From positions 62,001 to 126,000 of the forward strand of contig CBFDEM010000048.1 in the NCBI GenBank assembly GCA_965603825.1: 64,000 nucleotides of DNA. The letters are read 5' to 3'. The notes under the pieces were generated by a model. That model made no database searches and had not been told where the DNA came from. It worked only from the letters and a program-made list of their open reading frames with translations. Position numbers and translations under genes: made by a program. Position 1 is the first letter of the stretch. Every line of letters starts with the position of its first letter. This DNA is from Blepharisma stoltei ATCC 30299. Its lineage: Eukaryota > Protista > Ciliophora. Positions 12,074 to 24,552 of the stretch are shown piece after piece.

Positions 12074-12760
12074 AAATTATAAATAATTATTTAAGCATTG
12101 TAATTGGGCAAAGAGTAATTTAAATCTGCTTAGTAGGAAGAATTTAAATTAAACTTAATAATTTCTAGCAGAGCGATGAGTTCACCAGAGGCTTCACTAT
12201 ATAGGTCAGCTACTTCCATATTTGCTTTACGGGTCGCATTAGTTAAAAATGACATGGTCTGTAGATTATGCAGTTTTTGTAGCAATTTTATATTTTCTTG
12301 CAGAATTAGAATTTAGGATAAAGATGCAAAGGATTATCAAATAAGAAATAAATTATAATAAGAATAATAGAAAGCTGCTTTTCTTAATAAAATCAGACTT
12401 TTTCAAAAGAAAAAAACAATTTGCTATTTCCTAAAAATGTGCCTATAAAATTTAAATATTGGAGTTTAAAATAAACTTTTACCATTTTAATACAATATAA
12501 AATTAATAAACTCAAATTATTTAAATGTATCATGCACTTTTGAAATTTAAATTATATAAAGCTTCTTTTAATGCTTATTCATCCCCAGGTTAAAAGCCTA
12601 ATTTGACGAGCAATACCTGATTCCTTAAAACCCCGCATATAAAATGGATAAAATAAGAAATATATTCTGCATATATTAGTTTGACTCATATAAAATTTTA
12701 ACAAAGCTTTGAAAGTTACACTAAAAATTTTTTTTATGTATAAATGCTTAATAAAGCAAA

Positions 12761-14002
12761 ATGTCGGTATTTGAGTCAATAAACAACGATTTTCAAGGTG
12801 TTTACAGGTTTTGAATGCCAGAACACAATCAAAACCCGTTAGGAGTGTTTAAAAGTGAGGCATGAATCAAAAACGAATCAACTTTATTAGAAAAGAGCCA
12901 GTTTTTGATAACTCAAAATTATCTTGTACAGATTATTCCAAACTCAGTTGGTAGAAAAACTTTACTTGATTGGAAAATTATTGAGCCTTTTACAGAAGAC
13001 AATGGGGAGGTGACTAGATATGGATTTTCTGTTGGCCATAGAGGTTGCTCTCAAGACTTTTATGTGGAAAGCGAAGAAAACCTTGATATATGGATTAGTC
13101 ATTTGTCTAAAAAAGGCATAATGACAGATTTTGAAAACGACTTTACAATAGTAAAGGAGATCGGAAACGGCAGCTTTGGCACTGTTTATCTGGTCGTCAG
13201 CAATGAGACTTCTGAATTATTTGCAATGAAATCCATAAATAAGCACAATATCGGCGGAAGCCTGTCTTGCCTCAATAATCTTGTGAACGAAATAAAATTT
13301 ATGAGAACTCTCAATCATCCCAATATTGTAAAGCTCCATTATGTTTATGAAAGCCCAACTCATATATATTTACTTATAGATTATGTGGAAGGAGGAGATC
13401 TTTTTAATCGGATAATAAAAAGAAAAGTTTTTGAAGAGAAAACAGCTGCTATGTTTGCGCAAAAATTTTTAGGAGTACTTGACTATTTAAGCTCTTTTAA
13501 TATTGCTCATAGGGATATTAAGCTAGAAAATATTCTTATGCTGAGTGAGGAGAATGATTATGATTTTAAACTAGCTGATTTTGGCTTGGCAGCAGATGCA
13601 ACTGAGAAATTGTCGCTTCGATGTGGATCTCCTGGATATATAGCGCCTGAAGTACTGAGAAAAAGCCCTTATGATACAAAAGTCGATGTTTTTAGTGCAG
13701 GGGTCATATTATATATTCTACTTAGTGGCAAAATGCCGTTTCCTGGCAAAAATTTGCAAGACACTATAATGAAAAATAGGGATTGCAAGATCTCTTTTTT
13801 ACATCCTTCTTGGAAAAACGTGTCTAAATATGGAGCTGCATTGGTTTTGAAGCTAACTGAGCCAATTCCAAATCTTAGACCTTCAGCAAACGAAGCCTTA
13901 AAAAGCCCTTGATTTGCTCGACAATTAAATCCAGCTCAATTAGCATCTGAGGAGCCACCAACATTAAGGGCGCTTTCTATTAGACCCAGCGAACAAATTT
14001 AA
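12761..14002 (+). CDS. Ser/Thr kinase, CAMK group, with PH-like region (copy 3)
   Basis: Starts MSVFESIN. TGA=Trp at RFW, EAW and SPW(F). Contains GNGSFG, HRDIKLEN, DFG and CGSPGYIAPE. Stop is TAA 14000-14002. Confidence 0.92.
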
Positions 14003-14678
14003 TTCAGTTCATTAATCAGATAAATATTAAATTATAAGAACAATAAAATTATTTACATAGATAACTATTGGTCCAATTTTTATATAAAATATTTCTATAA
14101 CTAAATTTATTATTATATTGTGAAATTTTTATAAAAATTAATTTACTTATGTATTTCTAGAAATTAGTCTTAAAATTTTGATATTAAATCAGATTAAATA
14201 ATTATTATCATATTTAATCACTTTCTATTTATGAGCTTATAGTTAAAGTTGAATATGATTTGAATTAAAAATATTTTCTAGATGTATTTAGAAGAAAAGG
14301 CCACCAGAATAGAATTTTTATTTCATTTCAAAGAGTTTACAGAATATAAGAATCTTATTTCAAGGTTTAATAAGCTGCAAAAAAAAATAGAATAATCTAG
14401 AAAAATGAATTTACATAATAATAGAGTCTAAATATTTGTATTCTATTAGCTTAACTATTCATAAATTATTTTTATTAATCTAAGAGTTTGATGTCGTTCT
14501 ATAAAATTTTCCAGAAATTTCTTAATTTCATATAATTTACTGAAAATTTTTATAAAATCAAAATGACATCCTAGTTAATAGTAGTGGACTAATAAGTAGG
14601 TATTCATGGACAAACCGATATTCAAATTTTACTGATATTTGGAATATATACTAATTGTATTAGGATAATAATAAAATA

Positions 14679-15923
14679 ATGTCAGTATTTGAAGCAATAA
14701 ATACAGAAATTGGAGGTTCCGAAAAGTTTTGGAAGTTTGATCAGAGGCAGAACTTTCAAGAGACCTTTAAAAATAAAGTATATCAGAAATCAAAATCAGG
14801 AATCCTTAAAGAAGTCAATCTTTCATTATGTCAGAACTACCTGGTTAAGGTCGGACCTAATTCAGTAAATAAAAAAACATTATTGGATTGAAAAATCGTT
14901 GAGCCTTTTATAGAAGACAATGGGCAAAATGCTAGATTTGGGTTTTCAATAGGCCATCTAAGCTGATCTAAAGATTTTTATGTAGAAAACCAAGAAACGC
15001 TCGATACCTGAATCCAGCATTTATCCACAGTTGGTATCATGATGGACTTCGAAAATGATTTCTCTATTATAAAAGAGCTGGGTAACGGTGCCTTTGGAAC
15101 TGTATATCTAGCAGAAAGCAATGACACTGCTGAGTTGTATGCGGTGAAATCAATCAGCAAACATGATATAACGGCTAATCCAGCAAACCTTGCAAATCTT
15201 ATCAATGAAATAAAATTTATGAGAAAATTAGACCATCCAAATATAGTGAAGCTTCACTATGTCTATGAAAATCAAACAAATATTTACTTGGTTATTGACT
15301 ATGTAGGAGGTGGTGATTTATTCAAAAGAATAATAAAAAGAAAAGTCTACAGTGAAGAACACATTGCAAAATTTGCTCAAAAGCTGCTGGATGTATTAAT
15401 TTATTTGAACTCATTTAACATTGTTCATAGAGACTTGAAGCTTGAAAACATTTTGATGGTTTCTGAAGAGAACGACTATGATTTCAAGCTAACAGACTTT
15501 GGCCTGGCAGCTGAAGCCACAGAGGGTCTTAGTCTTCGATGTGGATCTCCAGGATACATAGCTCCTGAAATTTTAAGAAAAAACTTATACGATTCAAAAG
15601 TCGATGTTTTTAGTGCAGGGGTGATTTTTTATATACTATTTTCTGGGAGAATGCCATTCCCAGGTAGAAATGCACAAGAAATATTATTAAGAAATCGGGA
15701 CTGCAAAATTTCTTTTTTACATCAGCAAAATCTTTCAAAACTTGCAATGACTTTTATTTTGAGATTGACTGAGCCAATTGCAAACCTTAGGCCTTCTGTA
15801 AAAGAAGCTTTGAATGATCCTTGGTTTGAAAAACAATTAAATTCCGCAGCTTCTCAGAACCATTTGGTTTCAAAAATAGGTAAATTCCAAGCTTGCCGTA
15901 AGATAATGGGAAATATATCTTAA
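14679..15923 (+). CDS. Ser/Thr kinase, CAMK group, with PH-like region (copy 4)
   Basis: ORFs 14679-14891 and 15039-15923 are in frame via TGA (LLD-TGA-KIVEPF, where copy 3 has TGG). Kinase motifs are intact. Confidence 0.92.
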
Positions 15924-16962
15924 GCAGTATAAATAATAAATAGAAATTATTTTTAGAATAAAAACGATATAATTGCAACCTAGTTTATTAGTTTCTTGAT
16001 AGAATTTATCACAATAAATCCTTAGGGCAGATACTATCTCCAAATGAATTAGTCATTAAAGATGTTGGATTAATCACAAAAATTATTATATTTAATAATT
16101 TCAATGTTAAGATAAGTTAAAAAATAAATGATAAAATCAATTTTTTAATGAAATTTGGTGAAGAAAATTGATAATATTTATGTATTATAATTTTCTATAC
16201 CCAAACTAAAATGATGTAAACTGATTAGTTGCATATTGATTTCAGTATTTTTTATTGAATTTTAAATCTATCAGAAATATGAGATATTTAATAATCATTA
16301 ATTGTAAGCAAATAATTTATTAATCTTTAAAAGGAGGCCAAAAAATTCTATTAATCACGATATTTAATAATAATTCTATTTTTGAATAGAGATATTATGT
16401 TAGAAAAATATAATTATTAAATTCTTTGCGAATTTGAATAGTATTTTTTATAATATCTTGCACTCAATTTAATTAATATAATACCCATTTTTATTGAAAA
16501 GGTTGACATTTTTGATAAATCAGCAGCTCATATTTTGGTGAATCAAAATAAGTAGACATTATTGAAAAATTGATTCTTAGATCAATTTTTAAATCAAATT
16601 CATAGTTATTTTAGCATCTGTCCCTTTATTTAAACCAAAAGTATTAAAAAATTCGAAAAATATTCAGAAATACATTAATTAAGTCTGCTGGAATATTTTT
16701 ATTTTCCTTTTTAGGATTATTGCATTTAAAAATAATAAATTCAATAAAATTGACTAATTTCAATAAATGCCATTTGTAACTTATAAAATTCCTTTTAAAC
16801 TAAATTAATACCTAAAAATCATCTTTTTCAAAAAATATGTTAAATTTATTTTGATGGTATATCAAATTGGCAACTATTTATTCTCTAAAATTCAAATTAT
16901 ATAATCATAAAACGCTCAAAATCAAAATTATAGCAAATAAAAAAAGGAAAGCTATAATATAA

Positions 16963-18225
16963 ATGTCAGTATTTGAAGCAATAAATTCAGAATCTCAAGA
17001 TTCTAAGAAGTTTTGGACGCCTGATACAAAGCAAAAATTGGTGGAGACCTTTAAAAATACGGTCTTTCAGAATTCAAAATCAGGTGTACTCAAATCAGTC
17101 AATCTTTTATTAAGCCAGAACTACTTGGTTAAGCTTTGTCCAAATTCAGTAAATAAAAAAACACTATTGGATTGAAAAATCGTTGAGCCTTTCATGGAGG
17201 AAAGCGATGAAGATGCTAGATTTGGATTCTCTGTCGGACATCGAGGCTGTTCGAAGGAATTTTACGTTGAAAATCAAGAAACGTTGGATACTTGACTTAA
17301 GCATTTATCAAAAGTTGCAATTATGACAGATTTCGAAAACGATTTCACAGTTATAAAAGAGCTGGGTAACGGTGCTTTTGGAACCGTATATCTGGTAGAA
17401 TGCATCGACACGTCTGAGATGTTTGCAGTAAAATCCATTAGCAAGCAAAATGTAACTGCAAACCATGTAAATCTCACAAATCTAATGAACGAAATAAAAT
17501 TAATAAGGAAACTCGACCATCCCAATATAGTCAAGCTCCATTATGTTTATGAGAGCTCAACCCATATTTATTTGGTTATTGACTATGTAGAAGGAGGTAA
17601 TTTGTTCTCCAGAATAATTAAAAGAAAAGTTTATAATGAAAAAATTGCTGCAAAATTCACTGAAAAGCTTCTAGGAGTTCTAAGCTATTTGAGCTCATTA
17701 GACATTGCTCATAGAGACTTGAAGCTAGAAAATATTTTAATGGTTTCTGAGGAAAATGATTATGACTTCAAGCTTGCTGACTTTGGCTTGGCAGCTGAAG
17801 TCACTGAAGGACTGCATCTTCGCTGTGGATCTCCTGGGTATATAGCTCCTGAAGTACTAAGAAAGTGCTATTACGGCTCGAAAGTGGACGTCTTTAGTGC
17901 AGGAGTTATTTTGTATATACTACTTTGTGGGAAAATGCCATTCCCAGGTAACAACATACAAGATATTCTTTTAAGAAATCGAGACTGTAAAATTTCTTTT
18001 TCAAGAGAATCTTGGAAAAATGTTTCTAAGCTAGCAACCGCTTTGGTTTTGAAATTGACTGAGCCAGTTGCAAACTTCAGACCTTCAGCCAAAGAAGCTT
18101 TAAGTGATCCTTGGTTTGAGCATCAACTAAACTTTGCCCTTCCTCAACTTCCTTCTGTTCCAAAAGATTCTGCACGGTCTAGGTTTTGCTCAGGGAGATT
18201 AGGAAGTAGTGTGCAAGTTTCTTAA
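16963..18225 (+). CDS. Ser/Thr kinase, CAMK group, with PH-like region (copy 5)
   Basis: ORFs 16963-17175 and 17323-18225 are in frame via TGA=Trp. Kinase motifs are intact. Confidence 0.92.
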
Positions 18226-19979
18226 ACAGTTAAGAGGATAAATTTCTTATAATTTGCTTTTCTTCTTTGATGTTCTAAATAAAATTTTTGAGGATGATAT
18301 TCTAGAAATTCTAAAAGAATTATTTCGCTAAGAAGAGACATAGCTTTTCTTTGAAAATACCAAAGGGAACTATCTTATCAAGCATTTATGTTAAAGGTCC
18401 GTGCCATGTCTTCATAATACATATAAATCTTTTCAGGCCGCTTTAGGCATCAGCCATTAATGAATTAAATGCAAACACTGGTTTTTGCCTTCTAATAAGA
18501 ACTCGAAAAGTAAAAATTATAAATAATTAAAATTGAATGAAAAATATTAACTAAAAGAATAACTAGGGTATTTTCAATATTGCAATATAATGAATTGAAT
18601 AATTAAATTTAAAAAATCTGGAGGTTTTGCAAATATACCTGATAGTGAATAAGCATTTCTAATTGCTACCATAATCTTTTTTTAATAGTGACAGCTAATC
18701 AGATTATTGATTAATTAGGTTTTTAAGGTGTTTATGCTACTCCCAAAAAGAAGGACTAGGCCTATATGAAAGATTAGACCTTTTTGTATCAGAAATATAT
18801 TTATATGAAGGCTCTGTCCACAAAAGCTTTACTGCATAAGTCAAAAAAATTAATTCGTGCCTTGGGCTGGCCTATGTGGATTTTGATATGGTGTCAAATT
18901 TTAGACCTAATAGGCTTTTCATTATAAATACGGATGAAGGCCAACTAGAAATTAAATCAGACTCTTTGGATTGGAAATAAAGGCGCCAAACTTGATAAAT
19001 CCAAGCCTTGGCATGTCTAATCAATTAATACATAGTCAACTATTTATTTACTCTGACCATCTGAGTGCCCTAGCCATGCTGAAAGTACAAAATATTTATG
19101 CGCATTCTTTAAAATAAGGCTAACTTTATTTGCAAAATATGAAATTTTTAATAACAATATATTCAAGAAAAATAAAAAAGCACACTAATCTACCATTAAA
19201 GAGTTGCCTTTCAATTTAAATATTTGGTTCTGTTTTTAGACATCAAGCATTTTAGCATTTTGAAAAATATTCACTTATTATTAAAATTAAATTATTTTTT
19301 AAGCAGGGCACAAATAAAAGGACTTATTCTTAATGGTAGATTTCGCTGGAAAATTCATTTACACCTAATTAATAGACTTTTTTAATCATTTCAGTAGATA
19401 TTACGTGAATTTATTTTGGTTTATTCTTAACCAGACTAATAATTCTTAACATAAGTAAACTAAGGGGTATAAAGAGTACTAAGAACTACTAATCATGAGC
19501 TTTCTAGATAATACTTATTTTATGAACTTTTACTCATCACAGAAGATTATATCTACTATTTCTTACTTCAATTTCTTTTAAGTTAAACTTTTATACTGCA
19601 GTTATGAAGGTGCAAGCCATTTTTTAAAATCCTGAAACTTGATGAATGGAACTAAAAGATAATATTAGAGCTTTTTTTGACTATCATTTCCAAATATTGG
19701 TATTTTTGTTGACTTACGAAACTATATAATATCATCAAAAACACATTTTGTCTTATAAGAGCATGAAAATTAAATAATCTTTTAAAATGATCACTTTAAT
19801 AGTATTTAGATATTTTCTAAAGTCACTAAAGCAACTTCATGAACAATGAAATTATTTCTAATAGTTCAAGGGAGAGTGCTTCAGATCTAATTTTTATTAA
19901 TACCATTGCATTAAAATATATTATAAAACTACTTTTGAAAAATTGTTAATTATTTTTGAAATAGAAATTATACTGATAT

Positions 19980-20774
19980 TTATCCAGATTTGCACAAGCC
20001 AGAGCTTGAATCTTCGCTACTTGACTGAGAAGATTGGCTACTTGAGTTTGCTCCAGCACATCCAGAAGTTGTATTCGCCGAGCTTTCATTACTAGATTGA
20101 GAAGATTGGCTGGTTGAGTTTGCTCCAACACTTGAGCATGCACATCCTGAAGTTTCGTTAGAAGAAGATCCTGAGGATTGTCCAGAACAGCTTGAAGTGG
20201 AGTTTTGTTCAGAGCTTGTAGAATTTATAAGAGGGCAATGGCATATATCTTGGCTTGATTGCGATGAGCTAACAGAAGAAGAAGCATTAGAAGAGGTAGC
20301 ATTGCAATCTTCAACCTCATCATATTCAATGCATTTTATTGAAACCCCTCTTGGACCTCTTTCCCCTTTGTCACCTTTCAAACCTCGAAGTCCTTGTGAC
20401 CCTTGTGCTCCTTGCTCACCTTTTTCACCCTTTAAGCCTTGAGGCCCCTGCTCTCCTTTTTCACCTTTGTCACCTTTGTCACCTTTGTCTCCTTTTGGTC
20501 CTTGGGGTCCTGCAGGCCCTTCTGGACCTTGAGGTCCTCGAGGCCCAGGTGGTCCTTGGTCGCCTTTTTCTCCTTTATCTCCTTTTACAACTTGAGACCC
20601 TTGTTGGCCGCATTGGCTTGTTTGCTGTTGAGGACAAGATTGATTTTGTTGGGATTGTTGTTCTTCTTGAGAGCTACAATCTCCACTTGCTTCTAAGAAT
20701 TGGCTTTTAAAGATACTTGGAGTGATCGCAAAAGCTGTCAACGATAATAGCATCAGAACAATAAGCCTAACCAT
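19980..20774 (-). CDS. Secreted collagen-like protein (Gly-X-Y repeat, Ser/Gln/Cys-rich flanks)
   Basis: Hydrophobic signal peptide [16 protein letters not shown], about 27 uninterrupted G-X-Y triplets (nt ~20340-20582), and a Ser/Cys-rich tail with several N-x-S/T sequons. Confidence 0.88.
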   Translation of the reverse strand: MVRLIVLMLLSLTAFAITPSIFKSQFLEASGDCSSQEEQQSQQNQSCPQQQTSQCGQQGSQVVKGDKGEKGDQGPPGPRGPQGPEGPAGPQGPKGDKGDKGDKGEKGEQGPQGLKGEKGEQGAQGSQGLRGLKGDKGERGPRGVSIKCIEYDEVEDCNATSSNASSSVSSSQSSQDICHCPLINSTSSEQNSTSSCSGQSSGSSSNETSGCACSSVGANSTSQSSQSSNESSANTTSGCAGANSSSQSSQSSSEDSSSGLCKSG

Positions 20775-21397
20775 ATTAATTATTAATATTCAAATTAATA
20801 ATTTACTTCTGCTATTGTCCATTGAAAACAGTAATAAAATGGTGAGCATGATTTAAAATTTGACAATAATAAGGAGTTTAAGCATTAGTTAAAGTTTTAA
20901 GCTTTTTATTAGAGCTAATATCTAACAGGTGGGATATTTATTGTGACAAAGTGCCATTTTACTGTAATTTTAAGTATTTTCTCTAGCTGAGGAAAGAAAA
21001 TCCAAAAATCAAAAATAATATTGATCTGTTCCTTTCTTTCATGTATTGAAATATTAAAATTGCTGGCTGTGAATAAATAATTTTTATTCATCAATTCTGA
21101 TAATATTTAAAAATATGGAAGACATCAATTAATTTCATAATAATATATGGCTTATCGTAAATCATTTATTTTAAATTCCATCAGCTTTTGGAATTTATTA
21201 AAAATGCAATTCCTATGTCAAGTACCACTTAAATCGAAATTTTCAGGATTTTCACCAAACTTTTAAAAATAATTTTGAACTTAAACAATATACATATTTT
21301 TAGCATCTTTTTATTAAATTTGTAAATAAATATTATAATTAGCCTTTCCACCAAAAAAATATAAATATTGAAATTGTCGTTTATTAATTTCTTATAA

Positions 21398-22948
21398 ATG
21401 TCAAAAGATACAGACTCTCCCAACAAGCTCGAACAACGAGCAAAGGATTTTATGCAGTCCTTTAACACAGAAGACATCAAGCGTCGCAAAGAAGAACAAA
21501 CAGTTGAGCTTCGTAAATCCAAGCGGGCTGATATGGCTAGCAAACGAAGAAATTTCCAAGCGAGCGATCGTGAATGAATCAAAGTGAATGACCACTATAA
21601 GCCATCTTACACCTTAGCAGACCTCCCAGAGCTCCTTGAAGCTATGAAATCTCCTGAACCAGAGCGTAACTTGTACGCTGCTCAAGGATTTCGTAAGCTC
21701 TTAAGTATTGAAAATGAGCCTCCTATCCAAAATGTCATTGATGCAGGAGTAGTCCCAGTTCTCATTGAATTCATAAAAAGACATGATTTTCCTCAGCTTC
21801 AATATGAATCCGCATGGACTATCACAAATATTGCCTCAGGTACACATCAGCACTGTCAGGTCATTGTAGAGAAAGGCTCAATTCCTTTATTAGTAGATTT
21901 ACTTCGATCTTCGAACGAAGAAGTCAAAGAACAAGCTATTTGGGCTATAGGAAATATTGGAGGAGACTCCCCTAATTGTAGGGATACCATATTAAAATAT
22001 GATGGGCTTAATTTGATAATACGGTGTGTAGAGAACTCCAATAAGCCTTCTATGATAAAAAATGGAAGCTGGGCTGTAAGTAATTTATGCCGAGGCAAAC
22101 CATCTGCTGATTATGAACTCGTTAAATGTGCAATTCCATTGCTTGCAAAGATTGTTGAAAGTCATCATGATGCTGACCTTTTATCTGACTGCTTGTGGGC
22201 GCTTTCACATTTAAGTGAAGGAGGGGAAGAAAAAATTACCAATATAATACACAGTGGATGCGTACCAAAAGTCATTCAGCTTTTAGGCCATCATTTATAT
22301 AATATACAGCTTCCTTCTATCAGGATTATTGGAAATATAGTGTCAGGGACTGCCGTGCAAACAGAGTTTGCTATTAGTTTAGGTGCTGCACAAGGATTAT
22401 CGAACTTATTGACATCTTCTAAGAAAAATATCAGAAAAGAAGCCGTGTGAAGCATTTCGAATATTTGTGCTGGCACACAGGAACAGTTAGATTCATTAAT
22501 TAATGCTGATGTCTTTAAAAAATTAGCAAGTATAGTAGAGCACGATGAAAAAATGATCAAAAAAGAAGCAGTTTGGGCTCTTTGCAATGCTGCAGCTGCA
22601 GGAAGGCCTGACCAAGTTTTGCATTTAGTTAATTGTGGCGTGATTCCTGCGCTATGCAGCTTGCTTAATCAAAATGAATCAAAGATAATTACTGTTGCTT
22701 TGGAAGGTATCAATAGGATTTTGAAAAATGGGAAAGAAAGCTTTTCTAATGAACAAGGGACGAATCCATTTGCTGATATTTTGGAAGAATGCGGAGGGTT
22801 AAGTAAACTTGAGGATTTGCAAGAGCATCCTAATAATGCGATTTATGAAAAATCAAGGCAGGTGATAGAAAACTATTTTGAGTTGGAAGCTGATGAAAAT
22901 GACAACTTAATTCAATTAATCAAAGACAATGTGCAGTTTAGTTTCTAA
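21398..22948 (+). CDS. Importin alpha (karyopherin alpha)
   Basis: IBB domain (KRRKEEQTVELRKSKRADMASKRRN) and ARM repeats (LQYESAWTITNIASG, KEQAIWAIGNIGGD). TGA=Trp falls at the conserved KEAVWSISN. Confidence 0.96.
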
Positions 22949-23275
22949 TAGAGATTAAACATTAATTAGAGTATTCATAGAAATCGCTTGCTTATAATTT
23001 TTTTTAAAAATCTTGTTTTAAGGTAAAATATTCTGTGTCTGTTTCATATTGATCTTTGATTTTTTATTTTTTTCTAATTACCGCATTTTTTTATTGATAC
23101 TTAAAAATAAAATCATTATATCTTTTACTGGATTTACGCCTAATAAAGTAAGAAAATTTTGGTTTTATAGCTTTTCCGAGGTTTCCTTATATTAATTTTC
23201 ATAACTGAAAACCGATGAAATAAGCCACTTATATTTTTTTTAAAATTTTTTATTACATCTCTATAAACAATTATA

Positions 23276-23833
23276 CTAAAGTGGCTTTCCAGAACTTTTT
23301 GTCCTTCTATTGTATTTTCTTCTTACACCCGATGCTGGCTCATTTAAATAAGTTGAGGACTCGAAAATCTGATCAACTTGATTGACTATATCTAACGAAT
23401 CTTTTGTCAATGATAAACTCTTTTTAAGAATTTCATCATATTGTGAACTTTCTTTTCCAGAAATAATTTGTTCAACGTCGTTTCCTATTAAAACTTGATC
23501 AAGATTTTCATTTAATTCTTTAGCATCGCTTACTATTGTATTTTTGTCTCTTAAAGGTTTATCTTGAGAGTCATCAATCAGTTTTATAATTTCTTGTATT
23601 TCCTTTAGTTTTTTGCTTATATATTCCTGCTTAGCTTTTAAAATAATTGCTTTGTTTTTTTCTTTTTGTATTGCACAGATCTCGATCCCCTGTTTACAAT
23701 CAGATTTCACAGAATGCAAGCTATGAATTCTCAAAATTAGTTCAGCTCTTATTTTATCTAAGTCTGACAACTGCTCTGTACTTCTCATATCTGCTGCTAC
23801 TTTTCTCGTGCTTTTACTTGCACAAATGCCCAT
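23276..23833 (-). CDS. Helical protein with MGICAS acylation motif, possibly a divergent Vps20/CHMP6-like protein
   Basis: Clean 185-aa ORF with Gly2/Cys4 and a basic-then-acidic helical composition. The segment KEKNKAIILKAKQEY resembles Snf7 family helix 2, but the family call is weak. Confidence 0.55.
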   Translation of the reverse strand: MGICASKSTRKVAADMRSTEQLSDLDKIRAELILRIHSLHSVKSDCKQGIEICAIQKEKNKAIILKAKQEYISKKLKEIQEIIKLIDDSQDKPLRDKNTIVSDAKELNENLDQVLIGNDVEQIISGKESSQYDEILKKSLSLTKDSLDIVNQVDQIFESSTYLNEPASGVRRKYNRRTKSSGKPL

Positions 23834-23968
23834 ATTCTTTATTTTTGTTATTCTTGATTTAAAATTTATTTAATTTCCAAGTGCTAAATGGTATAGAAGC
23901 GAATGAAAATTTTCTGTTTTTCTTTATAGAACCACAAGAGATGATAATCTATGCAAAGTTATTTATAA

Positions 23969-24460
23969 ATGGTAGATAATCAGGAGACAACTGGAGGAAG
24001 AAATTGGAGAAGAACCTTAAGGATCACAAGCATAATTTTGGCAATTTTACTTATAGCGCTAGGAATTTTTAATTTCGGCACAATAGATTTAGGTGATCCG
24101 ATAAATGTGATTTTACCAGTTTATTACGTGTAATTTTGAATTAGGTTTTTTGGCTTAATGATGATTGGAGCTGAAGTCCCATGCAATTTCCTGCTGCAAA
24201 AATTTTTATTTATCTCTGGATATTTTGGAAGAGGAATATTTTATATTTTGTATATGTAATATAGTGTCGGGACTTTATGCATCAGATATCATACAGTTTT
24301 TCAGTTTATAGTTGCAGCTTTTCTGATGGGAGTTGGAATTATTTATATTTTTAGCTCTTGTTCAAGCTGCTATAAAAATTTTGCTGCTCAGAATGATCAA
24401 ATGAAGCAAGAGGAAGAGGCTAAACAAAATTCACAGACAGAACTTAAGCAAAGCATTTAA
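23969..24460 (+). CDS. COPI-associated / TVP15-like small membrane protein, 153 aa, 2 introns
   Basis: Missed by the ORF track. After removing 15-nt introns 24130-24144 and 24250-24264 the frame is open, with hydrophobic helices and FLFISGYFGRGIFYIFVGTL (GRG-x-FY motif). Confidence 0.82.
24130..24144 (+). other. 15-nt spliceosomal intron GTAATTTTGAATTAG
   Basis: GT...AG with A at position 10. Removing it eliminates an in-frame TAA. Confidence 0.85.
24250..24264 (+). other. 15-nt spliceosomal intron GTATATGTAATATAG
   Basis: GT...AG with A at position 10. Removing it eliminates an in-frame TAA and restores FYIFVGTL. Confidence 0.87.
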
Positions 24461-24552
24461 AATTTAATATTTATTTATTATAGATTTAGTTTGGTGATGT
24501 TATGATAAATCATAATAGCATTTCCGGAGTTTATTTCCCCGCAAAAATTATC

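Noticed and set aside
12129-12310. Minus-strand open stretch (..MSFLTNATRKANMEVADLYSEASGELIALLEII..)
   Set aside because: Only about 41 codons from the first ATG and no recognisable motif; cannot be supported.
18340-19090. Slightly GC-richer, coding-looking patches
   Set aside because: The frames I translated are interrupted by TAA/TAG and I could not recognise a parent protein.
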